DNA of 64,000 nucleotides from an uncultured Acidobacteriota bacterium (lineage in GTDB: Bacteria; Acidobacteriota; Terriglobia; Terriglobales; Acidobacteriaceae). Each line of letters opens with the position of its first letter. The stretch's first letter is position 1. Below are positions 1 to 7,939 of the stretch, piece by piece. Below the pieces are notes generated by a model, which worked only from the letters and a program-made list of their open reading frames with translations, ran no database searches and was not told where the DNA came from. The stretch lies in the NCBI GenBank assembly GCA_963838255.1, contig CAWIQL010000003.1, forward strand, positions 197,468-261,467, in the 5' to 3' direction. A program made the position numbers and the translations under genes.

Positions 1-242
1 TCCCGGAACCAAAGAGCGCGTCGCCGCCGCCGAATCCGGCATCAAGCAGTAAGTCTCAGTTCCATGTCTCGTTTTCTCGCCTGGCTGCAATTCGATCGCA
101 GCTCCCATCCGTCCCACTCCCGTGCGCTTAGGGGTACCTCTCTTTAGACTTGCGCCCTGCCCTGCCCGTGGCAATCTGGTGTCTTACGTTAAAGAAGATC
201 AGCACTCGTTGTTCACGGCTCAAAGATCGAATCCAGGGATCC

Positions 243-506
243 ATGGGAGAGACAGAAATGTTGACCAACGACTTCCGCATTGCCAAAGTGCAGAGAACAC
301 TGCGCTGGTTTGAAGACGATATTCCCCTGCTCAACATGCGGGTGAAAGAGCTGTCGAAAGAGCGGCAGGAATCGGCGCGCCAGTTCGCCGCGGCCGTGAT
401 TGATCAGACCCGGGCCGAGCTCGCCCGGCTGCTGCAAGAGCAGGCGCAACGCGTGGAGCACGACATGCACGACCCCAGCGAAGTGCACTGCCAGCCCGCG
501 GATTAA
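243..506 (+). CDS. small hypothetical protein, charged and probably helical
   Basis: In-frame ATG at 243 inside track ORF 150..506. Sequence is charged (LNMRVKELSKERQESARQFAAAV...). No family recognised. Confidence 0.35.
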   Translation: MGETEMLTNDFRIAKVQRTLRWFEDDIPLLNMRVKELSKERQESARQFAAAVIDQTRAELARLLQEQAQRVEHDMHDPSEVHCQPAD

Positions 507-540
507 ACCGCCCGGCTGCACTCGCGAGTCAAATTTGATT

Positions 541-595
541 TGTCATTCCGACCGGAGCCGGAGCGCCAGCGACGGCGCAGTGGAGGAACCTGCTT
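541..595. repeat. REP-like element, 'TGTCAT(T/C)CC..' family (copy F1)
   Basis: tgtcattccgaccggagccggagcgccagcgacggcgcagtggaggaacctgc. Related starts occur at 38846, 39017 (inverted), 56203 and 60163. Confidence 0.5.
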
Positions 596-634
596 TTTCG
601 TTGCAGTTTTAGTTTGTTGCGGTCGGAAATGCAG

Positions 635-1543
635 CTACAACGCCGATCCAGCTGCCGCCTCGACGCTAGGCCGGGCGCTGCTGGCACGCTCCTCTGGGAA
701 GGTCACTTCCTCCCACAACGTCTTATCGCGCAGGATGCGCGAGACCAGCGCGGTATGCATGGCATGACCGGCGCGGTCGGCGACCACCTTGCCGAGTATT
801 TGCTTGCCCAGCAGCGCCAGGTCGCCCACCAGATCTAAAACTTTATGGCGCACGAATTCGTCAGGAAAGCGCAGCGGACCGTTCTCCACGCCATCGCGCG
901 TCAACACAATGCAGTTCTCACTCGACGCGCCACGAATCAGTCCCATGTTGCGCATGGCCTGCTCGTCTTCCCGTGAGCCGAAAGTACGCGCGGCCGCAAT
1001 GTGCTTCAGATAACTTCCGTTGGTCAGTTCCACCTGAAAAGTTTCTTTGCCGATGAGCGGATGCGGAAAGTTGATCGAGTACGAAACCGAATACGTGTCT
1101 GCCGGATACACGGCAATAAACTTGTTGCCCTCGCGCATCTCGACTTCGCGGCGAATCTTCAAATACTTGCGCGCCCGCCGCTGCCGCCGGATGCCCGCCT
1201 TGCGAATCATCTCCACAAACGGCCGCGAGCTGCCGTCCAGAATGGGCAACTCCAGGTTGTCGAGTTCGACGATGGCATTATCAATGCCCATCCCAATGAA
1301 CGCCGAGAGCACGTGCTCGGTGGTGGAAATGAGCACGCCCTTTTTCATCAGGCTGGTGGCGTAACTCACGCGCGCCACATTGCGGCTGACCGCTTCAATC
1401 TCGAACCCATCCAGATCGGTGCGGCGAAACACAATGCCCGTGTCCGACGCTGCCGGCAGAATGCGCATCGCGACCGGCGCACCGCTATGCAGCCCCACGC
1501 CGCTGCATTCCACCGCGGTGCGGATTGTCTGCTCGTGAGTCAA
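635..1543 (-). CDS. lpxC: UDP-3-O-acyl-N-acetylglucosamine deacetylase
   Basis: 302 aa. N-terminus QTIRTAVECSGVGLHSGAPV, then ISTTEHVLSAFIGMGIDN, LPILDGSSRPF and HKVLDLVGDLALLG are typical LpxC motifs. The track start is TTG. Confidence 0.9.
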   Translation of the reverse strand: MTHEQTIRTAVECSGVGLHSGAPVAMRILPAASDTGIVFRRTDLDGFEIEAVSRNVARVSYATSLMKKGVLISTTEHVLSAFIGMGIDNAIVELDNLELPILDGSSRPFVEMIRKAGIRRQRRARKYLKIRREVEMREGNKFIAVYPADTYSVSYSINFPHPLIGKETFQVELTNGSYLKHIAAARTFGSREDEQAMRNMGLIRGASSENCIVLTRDGVENGPLRFPDEFVRHKVLDLVGDLALLGKQILGKVVADRAGHAMHTALVSRILRDKTLWEEVTFPEERASSARPSVEAAAGSAL

Positions 1544-1851
1544 GAAGGGGGATGAGATGTTTGCAATGAATGCAGTAGATTACGCCTGTGTGAATAAAGT
1601 TGTCTGTGGCAGATTAGCCACAGTCCGTGGTATGAGACTGGAGACCGCTCCCAGTTCCAAGACCGCCGGGAAGTCTAGGCAAATAATTGTAAATCAATGA
1701 GTTACTCGAATATCACGTGCTGATCGACAAGACAGTGCAATCCATCCCATAAATGCCTAGGGTCCCCGAAAGAATCACGACCTTGGGGTCTTCTTAGCGA
1801 CCCACCGTTTGCCAAATTGATTCGGAGTAGCCGGTTTGCTAAGGTCGTGCC

Positions 1852-3159
1852 ATGTCCGAGCGTGCTATGTCCGAGCCTTTCCCCGATCAGATACGCGACC
1901 AGATACGCGAATTGCTCGACTCGCTTTATCGCGTGGATTCGGGACGAATCCTGGCCACGCTGATCCGCTTGCTCGGTGATTTTGATCTGGCCGAGGAGGC
2001 GATGCACGAAGCCTTTGCCGCTGCGCTGAGCCTGTGGCCGACGACGGGAGTACCCGGCAACCCGCGACCCTGGCTGATTTCGACCGCCCGCTTCAAAGCC
2101 ATAGATACTCTGCGGCGGCGCGCGAGATTTGATGCGTCGCAAGACCAGCTGGTGCACCATCTCGAAACGCAATCGAGTTCGGCGGGACGATCCAACGAAC
2201 CAGACTATCTTGAGAACGATTCTCTCGAAGACGACCGCCTGAGGCTGATTTTTACCTGCTGTCATCCTTCTCTGGCGCCGGAAGCGCGCGTTGCGCTCAC
2301 CCTGCGCGAGGTGTGCGGGCTGACCACCGAGGAGATCGCCAAGGCTTTCCTCACCACTCCGCGTACGCTGGCGCAGCGCATTGTGCGCGCCAAGGCGAAG
2401 ATTCGCGAGGATCGGATTCCCTACGAGGTGCCGACGCCGCAGGAATTGCCGGAGCGGCTGGGCGCAGTGCTTCAAGTCATCTATCTCGTCTTCAACGAGG
2501 GCTACTCGGCTGCCGCGGGAGCGAATGTAACGCGGGCCGAGCTGACCGGCGAGGCCATTCGACTGGGCCGCTTGCTGATGGAACTTCAGCCGGAGCCGGA
2601 GGTGATGGGCCTGCTTGCCCTGATGTTGCTGCAGGAATCCCGGCGCGCTGCGAGAACCTCGCCAACCGGTGAGCTGATTTTGCTGGAGCATCAAGATCGC
2701 TCGCTCTGGAACAAGGATCAGATCGCCGAGGGTGTGGCGTTGCTGGAGAAAGCTCTGGGGCATGAGCAGAGGTCGCGCCGCTTCGGTTCCTACACACTGC
2801 AGGCTGCGATTGCGGCCGTTCATGCCGAGGCGGAATCGGTAGCCGCGACCGACTGGCGGCAGATTGTTGCGCTTTACGACCAACTGGTACGAATTCAGCC
2901 TTCGCCAGTTGTCGAGCTCAATCGTGCAGTGGCCATTGCCATGCGAGACGGTCCAGAGGCTGGTCTGGCGCATATCGATGCCGTGTTGGCAGATGGCGAA
3001 CTGGCCAATTATTATCTGGCGCATTCCGCTCGTGCCGATATGTGCCGCAGGCTGGGCAGGACAGCTGAGGCTCGGGCGTCTTATGAGAAGGCGCTGGCCC
3101 TGACCCAACAGGAACCGGAGCGGCAATTCCTGGCGAAGCGGCTCGAGGAATTGAAGTAA
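1852..3159 (+). CDS. ECF-type RNA polymerase sigma factor with long C-terminal helical-repeat extension (COG4941 / ECF42-like)
   Basis: 435 aa. Sigma2-like region (ILATLIRLLGDFDLAEEAMHEAFAAAL..PRPWLISTARFKAIDTLRRR) and sigma4-like region (LTLREVCGLTTEEIAKAFLTTPRTLAQRIVRAKAKI). These are followed by about 230 aa of helical repeats. DGPF/YCII genes lie nearby. Confidence 0.85.
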   Translation: MSERAMSEPFPDQIRDQIRELLDSLYRVDSGRILATLIRLLGDFDLAEEAMHEAFAAALSLWPTTGVPGNPRPWLISTARFKAIDTLRRRARFDASQDQLVHHLETQSSSAGRSNEPDYLENDSLEDDRLRLIFTCCHPSLAPEARVALTLREVCGLTTEEIAKAFLTTPRTLAQRIVRAKAKIREDRIPYEVPTPQELPERLGAVLQVIYLVFNEGYSAAAGANVTRAELTGEAIRLGRLLMELQPEPEVMGLLALMLLQESRRAARTSPTGELILLEHQDRSLWNKDQIAEGVALLEKALGHEQRSRRFGSYTLQAAIAAVHAEAESVAATDWRQIVALYDQLVRIQPSPVVELNRAVAIAMRDGPEAGLAHIDAVLADGELANYYLAHSARADMCRRLGRTAEARASYEKALALTQQEPERQFLAKRLEELK

Positions 3160-3235
3160 GGGTATTTCGCCTGTGCTGTCGCAATGTTCCTGCAGGAACG
3201 TAATGTCATGACGGTAAAGGGTATACGATTGTGTC

Positions 3236-3514
3236 ATGACAGTTAAGGCCAAGAAAGCAAAGCGGCGAAAGGCGCGGTCGCAGCGTGGGAAAGTTATCGA
3301 GCTGCAGGCATCGGTTGAGGATGACCTGTTGTCGCTGGCGGAGGAGGAGGGGGGCGCGGAGTCACGCTGGAACCGTCCACGCAAGCGGAGGATCTCGTTG
3401 CGCGTGGATACCGAAGTGGTCGAATGGTTCAGGTCCAAAGGCCCGGGTTACCAGACGCGAATCAACCGGATATTGAGAAGAGTAATGATGGAGGATAAGA
3501 AGCGGGCGGGGTAG
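3236..3514 (+). CDS. BrnA-family antitoxin-like protein (no BrnT partner visible)
   Basis: 92 aa. The C-terminal RISLRVDTEVVEWFRSKGPGYQTRINRILRRVM matches the BrnA ribbon-helix-helix signature as I remember it. Only 76 nt separate it from the sigma gene stop. Confidence 0.65.
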   Translation: MTVKAKKAKRRKARSQRGKVIELQASVEDDLLSLAEEEGGAESRWNRPRKRRISLRVDTEVVEWFRSKGPGYQTRINRILRRVMMEDKKRAG

Positions 3515-3548
3515 GGGTAGGGGATCAACTCCGCCGAGCGGCGGGACT

Positions 3549-3968
3549 TCACCTCGCGGTTCTCTTCCCACCTCCCGCAGAATGCGTCTTCCGTTTGACG
3601 CTACTCGAGGTCTGGCGCTTTCTATGGCCCCTGACGCGGGCTGTGGTGGGTTTAGAGGAGCCAACAGTGGCGCCGAACGCGGCCGGATTCAGCGCGGTAA
3701 GTACGGCGGCGGGATTCTTGTCGATGACAGTGAGCAAAGTGCGAGCCGGCGCTTCTGGGATCCTCCGCCCGCCCTCCCAGTGTTTGATAGCGTCCAGGCT
3801 GAACCCGAACGTGTTCGAGAATCTGGCTTGTGTCATGCCAAGTCGATTTCGGATTCCTTTCACGTCAACTTCCTGGGGCACATGTGCCTTGAATCCTTCT
3901 TGCTCCCCGGCAAGAAAAGCCTCAACGTCGCTCAAGCCATCCATCATCTGCTCGAATTGCGTTTTCAT
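3549..3968 (-). CDS. XRE-type HTH antitoxin (COG2944/HigA-like)
   Basis: HTH segment IRNRLGMTQARFSNTFGFSLDAIKHWEGGRRIP. ATG at 3968 is preceded by GGGAGA. It lies immediately downstream of the toxin gene, which is the HigBA gene order. Confidence 0.75.
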   Translation of the reverse strand: MKTQFEQMMDGLSDVEAFLAGEQEGFKAHVPQEVDVKGIRNRLGMTQARFSNTFGFSLDAIKHWEGGRRIPEAPARTLLTVIDKNPAAVLTALNPAAFGATVGSSKPTTARVRGHRKRQTSSSVKRKTHSAGGGKRTAR

Positions 3969-3984
3969 GTTATCTCCCATGAGT

Positions 3985-4332
3985 CTAAAAAATGCCCTCG
4001 AAAATACGATTGGCCCGTGTCCTCAGCGCGTTGCGCTCTGCCATGGACAGGTTTTCTTTCTCATTCTTCGGAAAAACCGCAATAAGAAAAACCGGAAATC
4101 TCTGGTTGCGCCAGATATACACAACCCGGGCCCCGCCGCTTTTCCCCATTCCTTTGCGTGCGACCCGGACTTTTCGAAATCCGCCTGTTCCACGAATCAA
4201 CTCTCCACATTCCGGGTCAGCCGCAACCAGTGCCACGATGTCCGCACGTTCCTCCTCGCTAAAGAGCTTGTTGGCAATGGCGAGGTAAGTAGGCGTCTCG
4301 ACAACCGTCTGCACAATTCTCTTGTACTCCAT
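3985..4332 (-). CDS. RelE/HigB-like type II toxin (COG4737 / PF06296-like)
   Basis: 115 aa. Carries the motif GTGGFRKVRVARKGMGKSGGARVVYIW..FLIAVFPKNEKENLS that is typical of this toxin family. Confidence 0.75.
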   Translation of the reverse strand: MEYKRIVQTVVETPTYLAIANKLFSEEERADIVALVAADPECGELIRGTGGFRKVRVARKGMGKSGGARVVYIWRNQRFPVFLIAVFPKNEKENLSMAERNALRTRANRIFEGIF

Positions 4333-4418
4333 TGGACACCATCGGTCAATCGGAATTGTATGCCATTGGACACCAATGGTTCAGGGAGTCTCTCTTGTCC
4401 CTAGTTTTTCTAAGGGAA

Positions 4419-5417
4419 TTATTGGGGTTTGTCTTCGCTCGGGTTTCGGCTTGGGCGTCTGAGCGCCCGTAGCGGTGAACTCATAATTACGCAATCTCCG
4501 TCGGGCACCTTTGTCGAAAGTGGATCGGGGTCTTTCGGGACATCAGTTATTGGCACTGGGTCGCCGGCCCAGCCGCACTTGTCGCAAGTCGGCCGCTCAA
4601 ACTCGACATCGGGAGTGCCTGAGTGGTGGCCACGCTGCGGCGACAGCCGGCGCGAGCCACACGCTGGGCATTGCGGGGGCACGCCGCGCATGTGGAGAAT
4701 GACCGCCGAGGTGCACATCGTTATGGCCATTTCGGTGACTGCCGACGCCGCTTCTGCGTCGTTCCAATTCGACGTTTTGCTGTGGGTTAGCCAGTTGACG
4801 AACTTCCAAGCGTTTTCCATGGTCGACTTAAACAGCGCCCGCCTGTATTCGTTTGTGGCTCCCGGCAAGACAACGCTGCAGATGTGGTCAGTCCAAGCAC
4901 GGAGATCAGCTTTCTTGGGCGGTTCTTCCTTTGCCGTCCACGGAAGCACGCGCTGCGCTGCGCCCACAAAACTCAGCAGAGATTCGCGACACCGCACTCC
5001 GACGGTCTGGTAGTCTGCCACCTCATCAGCCTGCTCGAGCGCCTCCGACGCGTCCTGCATCGAGCGGTAGCATTCGGCGAAAGGCTCGATCGGAAGTTCG
5101 GACAGCTTCTGCCGAGCGCTACGTGGGATGCGCAGGCAGAGCCCGACGTGAAAGGTCACCGCCAAGTCCATATTCGGAAACTGGTCCTGCGAGTACAGAT
5201 TCATGGGCTCTGTGATAACCCACCATCGGTCGACATCGGTGTGCACGTCCCACACGTCGTGACGCACGCTCAGGATGTTCTCCGAATACACCTTCTGCAT
5301 CATCAGCACGCTCAGATCAGGCGCCTCGGATGCCATGTAATTTCGGACGTGGTTTGTCTCTTCTTCAGTGGCCGCGAGCATGTTTGCCGCCTCGCTGCTC
5401 GAAGATGGTGCGAACAC
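4419..5417 (-). CDS. hypothetical protein with C-terminal zinc-ribbon-like CxxC..CxxC
   Basis: 332-aa ORF with coding-like composition. C-terminal CPACGSRR...CDKCGW. No family recognised. The start may be a later Met (5381 or 5336) because the ORF overlaps the upstream gene. Confidence 0.55.
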   Translation of the reverse strand: MFAPSSSSEAANMLAATEEETNHVRNYMASEAPDLSVLMMQKVYSENILSVRHDVWDVHTDVDRWWVITEPMNLYSQDQFPNMDLAVTFHVGLCLRIPRSARQKLSELPIEPFAECYRSMQDASEALEQADEVADYQTVGVRCRESLLSFVGAAQRVLPWTAKEEPPKKADLRAWTDHICSVVLPGATNEYRRALFKSTMENAWKFVNWLTHSKTSNWNDAEAASAVTEMAITMCTSAVILHMRGVPPQCPACGSRRLSPQRGHHSGTPDVEFERPTCDKCGWAGDPVPITDVPKDPDPLSTKVPDGDCVIMSSPLRALRRPSRNPSEDKPQ

Positions 5418-5622
5418 TCTGCGCGAGCGCGTCGGACTGGGATAGGCCAGCAGCGAAGGCTTCTGCCGTCTCCACTAGCGAGCGCAATGCCAAAAGACCG
5501 CCAACGCGTCTCTCGAGGTCGGTACGGAGCTTCTGGTCATGCCCGGGCTTGAATGAGCCAACAACTGCAGGTTCGCCGCAACCACATTCGCAGAGCATTA
5601 CCCGTCTCCCGATTTGCTTCAT
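5365..5622 (-). CDS. small Cys-rich hypothetical protein (CxCGCG..PGHD motif)
   Basis: 85 aa with MLCECGCGEPAVVGSFKPGHDQKLR. It lies directly upstream of, and overlaps, the 332-aa ORF. Confidence 0.45.
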   Translation of the reverse strand: MKQIGRRVMLCECGCGEPAVVGSFKPGHDQKLRTDLERRVGGLLALRSLVETAEAFAAGLSQSDALAQSVRTIFEQRGGKHARGH

Positions 5623-5637
5623 TCTATCGCAGGCCCG

Positions 5638-5782
5638 GGTGCCCGTCCTTCGCGTTTTTTGCGAAGGGCGGGACTCGGAAATGCCGGCACCAAGTGGGTT
5701 TGGTCACGCGTCCACAACCAAATCAAATAGCACACGCAGCATCGCCGCCCACCCTTGCAAAAAACGCAAGGATGGGGCACCC
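5638..5782 (+). mobile_element. MITE-like element, family A, complete copy A1
   Basis: Terminal inverted repeats ggtgcccgtccttcgcgttttttgcgaagggcggg and cccacccttgcaaaaaacgcaaggatggggcacc, each itself a hairpin. About 75 nt of internal sequence is shared with 6508..6676 and 7323..7428. A conserved tail (gaatggtgtacgc..atcgttaaaaga) extends to about 5824. Confidence 0.7.
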
Positions 5783-5881
5783 CCAGTGCGAATGGTGTAC
5801 GCAAAGATCGTTAAAAGATCAGCCATCCGCCCAGAAAGTGTTTCCCGGGTGATACGCTACGCGAAAAATCTGCAAAGCGCG

Positions 5882-5908
5882 TGTCGATTTCCCGGCAGCC
5901 CGTTCGAC
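5882..5908 (+). promoter_or_regulatory. putative ECF promoter P1 (TGTCGA-N16-TCGAC)
   Basis: TGTCGA at 5882-5887 and TCGAC at 5904-5908, with CGT immediately before TCGAC and TA immediately after. It lies about 165 nt upstream of YCII gene 6072. The same motif and spacing occur at 7450 and 9224. Confidence 0.5.
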
Positions 5909-6071
5909 TAGTGGGTGGAGCCGCACTGCGCACTGGGCGCGTGGCAACTCGCAGCCCGCGACTTTCTGTGCCCAGCGCGGTGCAAGCTTTTATATAAAAG
6001 TAGCGGCCCTGATTCGGTGTCCGCACAACACTCAATGCTCGATGCTCGTTACTCTACACAAGGAGAACACT

Positions 6072-6497
6072 ATGCGCTTCATGATGATCATGTTTCCGAA
6101 AGACTATGTAACCGCAAAAGCCGGCTGGGCGCCTGACCTCAAAAGCATGGAGGCGATGGGCAAGTACAACGAGGAACTGGGGAAAGCCGGCGTGCTGCTG
6201 GCGCTCGACGGGCTGACCCCGCCCGCGACGATGAGCGCGCGGGTCACCTTCAAAGGCGGAAAATCGAAAGTTACCGACGGTCCGTTTACCGAAGCGAAGG
6301 AAGTGGTCGGCGGCTTCTGGATTATCCAGGTGAAGTCGCGCGAAGAGGCGCTGGAGTGGGCCTCGCGCATCCCTGGAGGGGATAACGAAATGGTCGAGGT
6401 TCGCCGGCTGTTTGACATGACCGACTTCGATTCTGAGACGCAGAAGTATATCCAAGAGAAGTTCGGCGACGACGTGGCCGCCGAGATGAAGCAGTAG
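6072..6497 (+). CDS. YCII/DGPF-domain protein, paralog 1
   Basis: ATG at 6072 is preceded by AAGGAGA. Contains the motif VTDGPFTEAKEVVGGFWIIQVKSREEALEWA. Confidence 0.85.
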   Translation: MRFMMIMFPKDYVTAKAGWAPDLKSMEAMGKYNEELGKAGVLLALDGLTPPATMSARVTFKGGKSKVTDGPFTEAKEVVGGFWIIQVKSREEALEWASRIPGGDNEMVEVRRLFDMTDFDSETQKYIQEKFGDDVAAEMKQ

Positions 6498-6507
6498 GAA
6501 GGAAGCG

Positions 6508-6676
6508 GGTGCCCATCCTTCGCGTTTTTTGCGAAGAGGGTGAGTCGGGAATTCGGGCGCCAAGTGGTTCTGGTCACGCGCCCACAACGAAATCAAATAG
6601 CACATGCAGCATCGCCGCCCACCCCTTCGGCAAGCTCAGGGCAGGCTCTTGCAAAAAACGCAAGGATGGGGCACCC
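6508..6676 (+). mobile_element. MITE-like element, family A, copy A2 (about 24 nt extra in the right arm)
   Basis: Same terminal inverted repeats and core as A1. Extra ccttcggcaagctcagggcaggct inside the right hairpin, about 6624-6647. Confidence 0.7.
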
Positions 6677-6696
6677 GCAGTCGGAATAGTGCACTG

Positions 6697-6741
6697 AAAA
6701 GCCCCACTTCTCGCAAAGAACGCGAGAAATGGGGCGCCCGG
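6697..6741 (-). repeat. REP hairpin, family B, copy B1
   Basis: The reverse complement reads gggcgccccatttctcgcgttctttgcgagaagtggggctttt. Same flanks as 58396, 59308, 59664 and 61955. Confidence 0.65.
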
Positions 6742-6795
6742 CTGAGACGGAGACGCCGATGCTGGAGAGTTGCGCTGTCTTAATTACTTACTCGT

Positions 6796-7215
6796 TTACT
6801 TAGTTGAGCAGCCGCCCTTGGCGCCGAAGGTCGCGGCTCCCGACAGGAAACCGGGTTCCTCATAAACGCCCTTGGCGAGGTCGCCGTCGGCGGCGGGAGC
6901 GATGAACAGCATGTAAACAACTTCACCGGTATCACTTCCGGTTTGAACGGTCGCCACGAGGAGATGGTTGGTTACTTGAAAAGTACCGGTGAGCGTAGTG
7001 GTGCCGACCATCGGGCCGGATAGCGAGACCGAGCCGCTGTGCTGCCCGTTCGTGCCACTATCGACCAGCGAGAGGCATGCCGTGTGCGCGAACTGGGGCG
7101 GAAGAGTTACGTTGACCGGGAAACTGCCGGTATAGCTCTGTGCCATGGCAGCGTTGCACGTCAGCGCAAAAGCCGCCAACGTGATTGCCAGGAAAAGAAT
7201 CATGCGTTTGTTCAT
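6796..7215 (-). CDS. small secreted hypothetical protein
   Basis: ATG at 7215 is preceded by GGAGGG. Signal peptide MNKRMILFLAITLAAFALTCNAAMAQ. Confidence 0.6.
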   Translation of the reverse strand: MNKRMILFLAITLAAFALTCNAAMAQSYTGSFPVNVTLPPQFAHTACLSLVDSGTNGQHSGSVSLSGPMVGTTTLTGTFQVTNHLLVATVQTGSDTGEVVYMLFIAPAADGDLAKGVYEEPGFLSGAATFGAKGGCSTK

Positions 7216-7322
7216 TGTTCCTACCCTCCAAGGAAAAACGTAACTGCCGGACGCTCCAAAATAGCGAGTGAGACTCAATCGGTTGTCACGAGCATGTAAA
7301 GCCATTGTTAGAAATCCTGATG

Positions 7323-7428
7323 GCGGATTGCGGGCGCCGATGGGTTTTGATCAAGGGTCCACAACGAAATCAAGTAGCACACGCAGCATCACTGCCCACC
7401 CTTGCAAAAACGCAAGGATCGGGCACCC
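7323..7428 (+). mobile_element. MITE-like element, family A, 5'-truncated copy A3
   Basis: Shares the core and right inverted repeat (cccacccttgcaaaaacgcaaggatcgggcaccc) with A1 and A2. The left inverted repeat is absent. Confidence 0.6.
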
Positions 7429-7449
7429 AATAGAATTTCTTGGACGATT

Positions 7450-7476
7450 TGTCGAATTCCGGGTTGGCCGTTCGAC
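7450..7476 (+). promoter_or_regulatory. putative ECF promoter P2 (TGTCGA-N16-TCGAC)
   Basis: TGTCGA at 7450-7455 and TCGAC at 7472-7476, 77 nt upstream of YCII gene 7553. It lies in a roughly 65-nt block (7431-7495) that is about 80 percent identical to 9205-9269. Confidence 0.5.
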
Positions 7477-7552
7477 TATACGGTGAAGGCAGGGCAATCG
7501 GCCCGTACAAAGACCAACGAGATAAAGAACGTTACAAAAGAATGGAGAAATC

Positions 7553-7927
7553 ATGCCTCAATTTCTAGTTGCGATTCACCACCCCGACAATTACGACCCG
7601 TCCGTCGAAACCGAAGCGATGAGGGAGGAGATCCACGCGCTCAACCGCGAGATGATCGCTGCCGGCGTCAGGATTTTCGCTGGTGGTCTCACTTCGGCTG
7701 GCAACGCGAAGTCGCTGCGGGCGCAGCCCGGTGGCAAGGTGCTGATTACCGACGGGCCGTACCTTGAGACCAAGGAGCACGTCGGCGGTTTTTGGATACT
7801 GGAAACCGCTGACCTGGACGAGGCACTGGCGTGGGGACGCAAGGCTGTCGTCGCCTGCCGGGCGCCGGTCGAAGTACGCCCGTTTTTCCGCTCGAACATC
7901 TCGTTGCAAAGTAATGTTCCAAAGTAA
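7553..7927 (+). CDS. YCII/DGPF-domain protein, paralog 2
   Basis: GGAGA Shine-Dalgarno. Contains the motif ITDGPYLETKEHVGGFWILETADLDEALAWG. Confidence 0.85.
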   Translation: MPQFLVAIHHPDNYDPSVETEAMREEIHALNREMIAAGVRIFAGGLTSAGNAKSLRAQPGGKVLITDGPYLETKEHVGGFWILETADLDEALAWGRKAVVACRAPVEVRPFFRSNISLQSNVPK

Positions 7928-7939
7928 TAAGGAGAAATT

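Noticed and set aside
2-52. A possible C-terminal end of a plus-strand gene entering the window (..PGTKERVAAAESGIKQ*).
   Set aside because: Only 16 codons are visible, which is too little to support a call.
1702-3438. A 578-aa ORF antisense to the ECF42-like sigma factor gene.
   Set aside because: The opposite strand has clear sigma2 and sigma4 motifs. This ORF is Arg/Gln/Leu-rich low complexity and also runs across the sigma/BrnA intergenic region.
3595-4404. A 269-aa plus-strand ORF covering the HigBA-like locus.
   Set aside because: The minus strand encodes a recognisable toxin motif (GKSGGARVVY) and an HTH antitoxin in the expected order. The plus-strand product has no motifs.
5553-7486. 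Small ORFs 5553..5852, 5619..5804, 6509..6697 and 7268..7486, which encode similar peptides (..PTLAKNARMGHP.. / ..CKKRKDGAP..).
   Set aside because: They are read-throughs of the family-A repeat copies. The similarity comes from the repeat DNA, not from a protein family.
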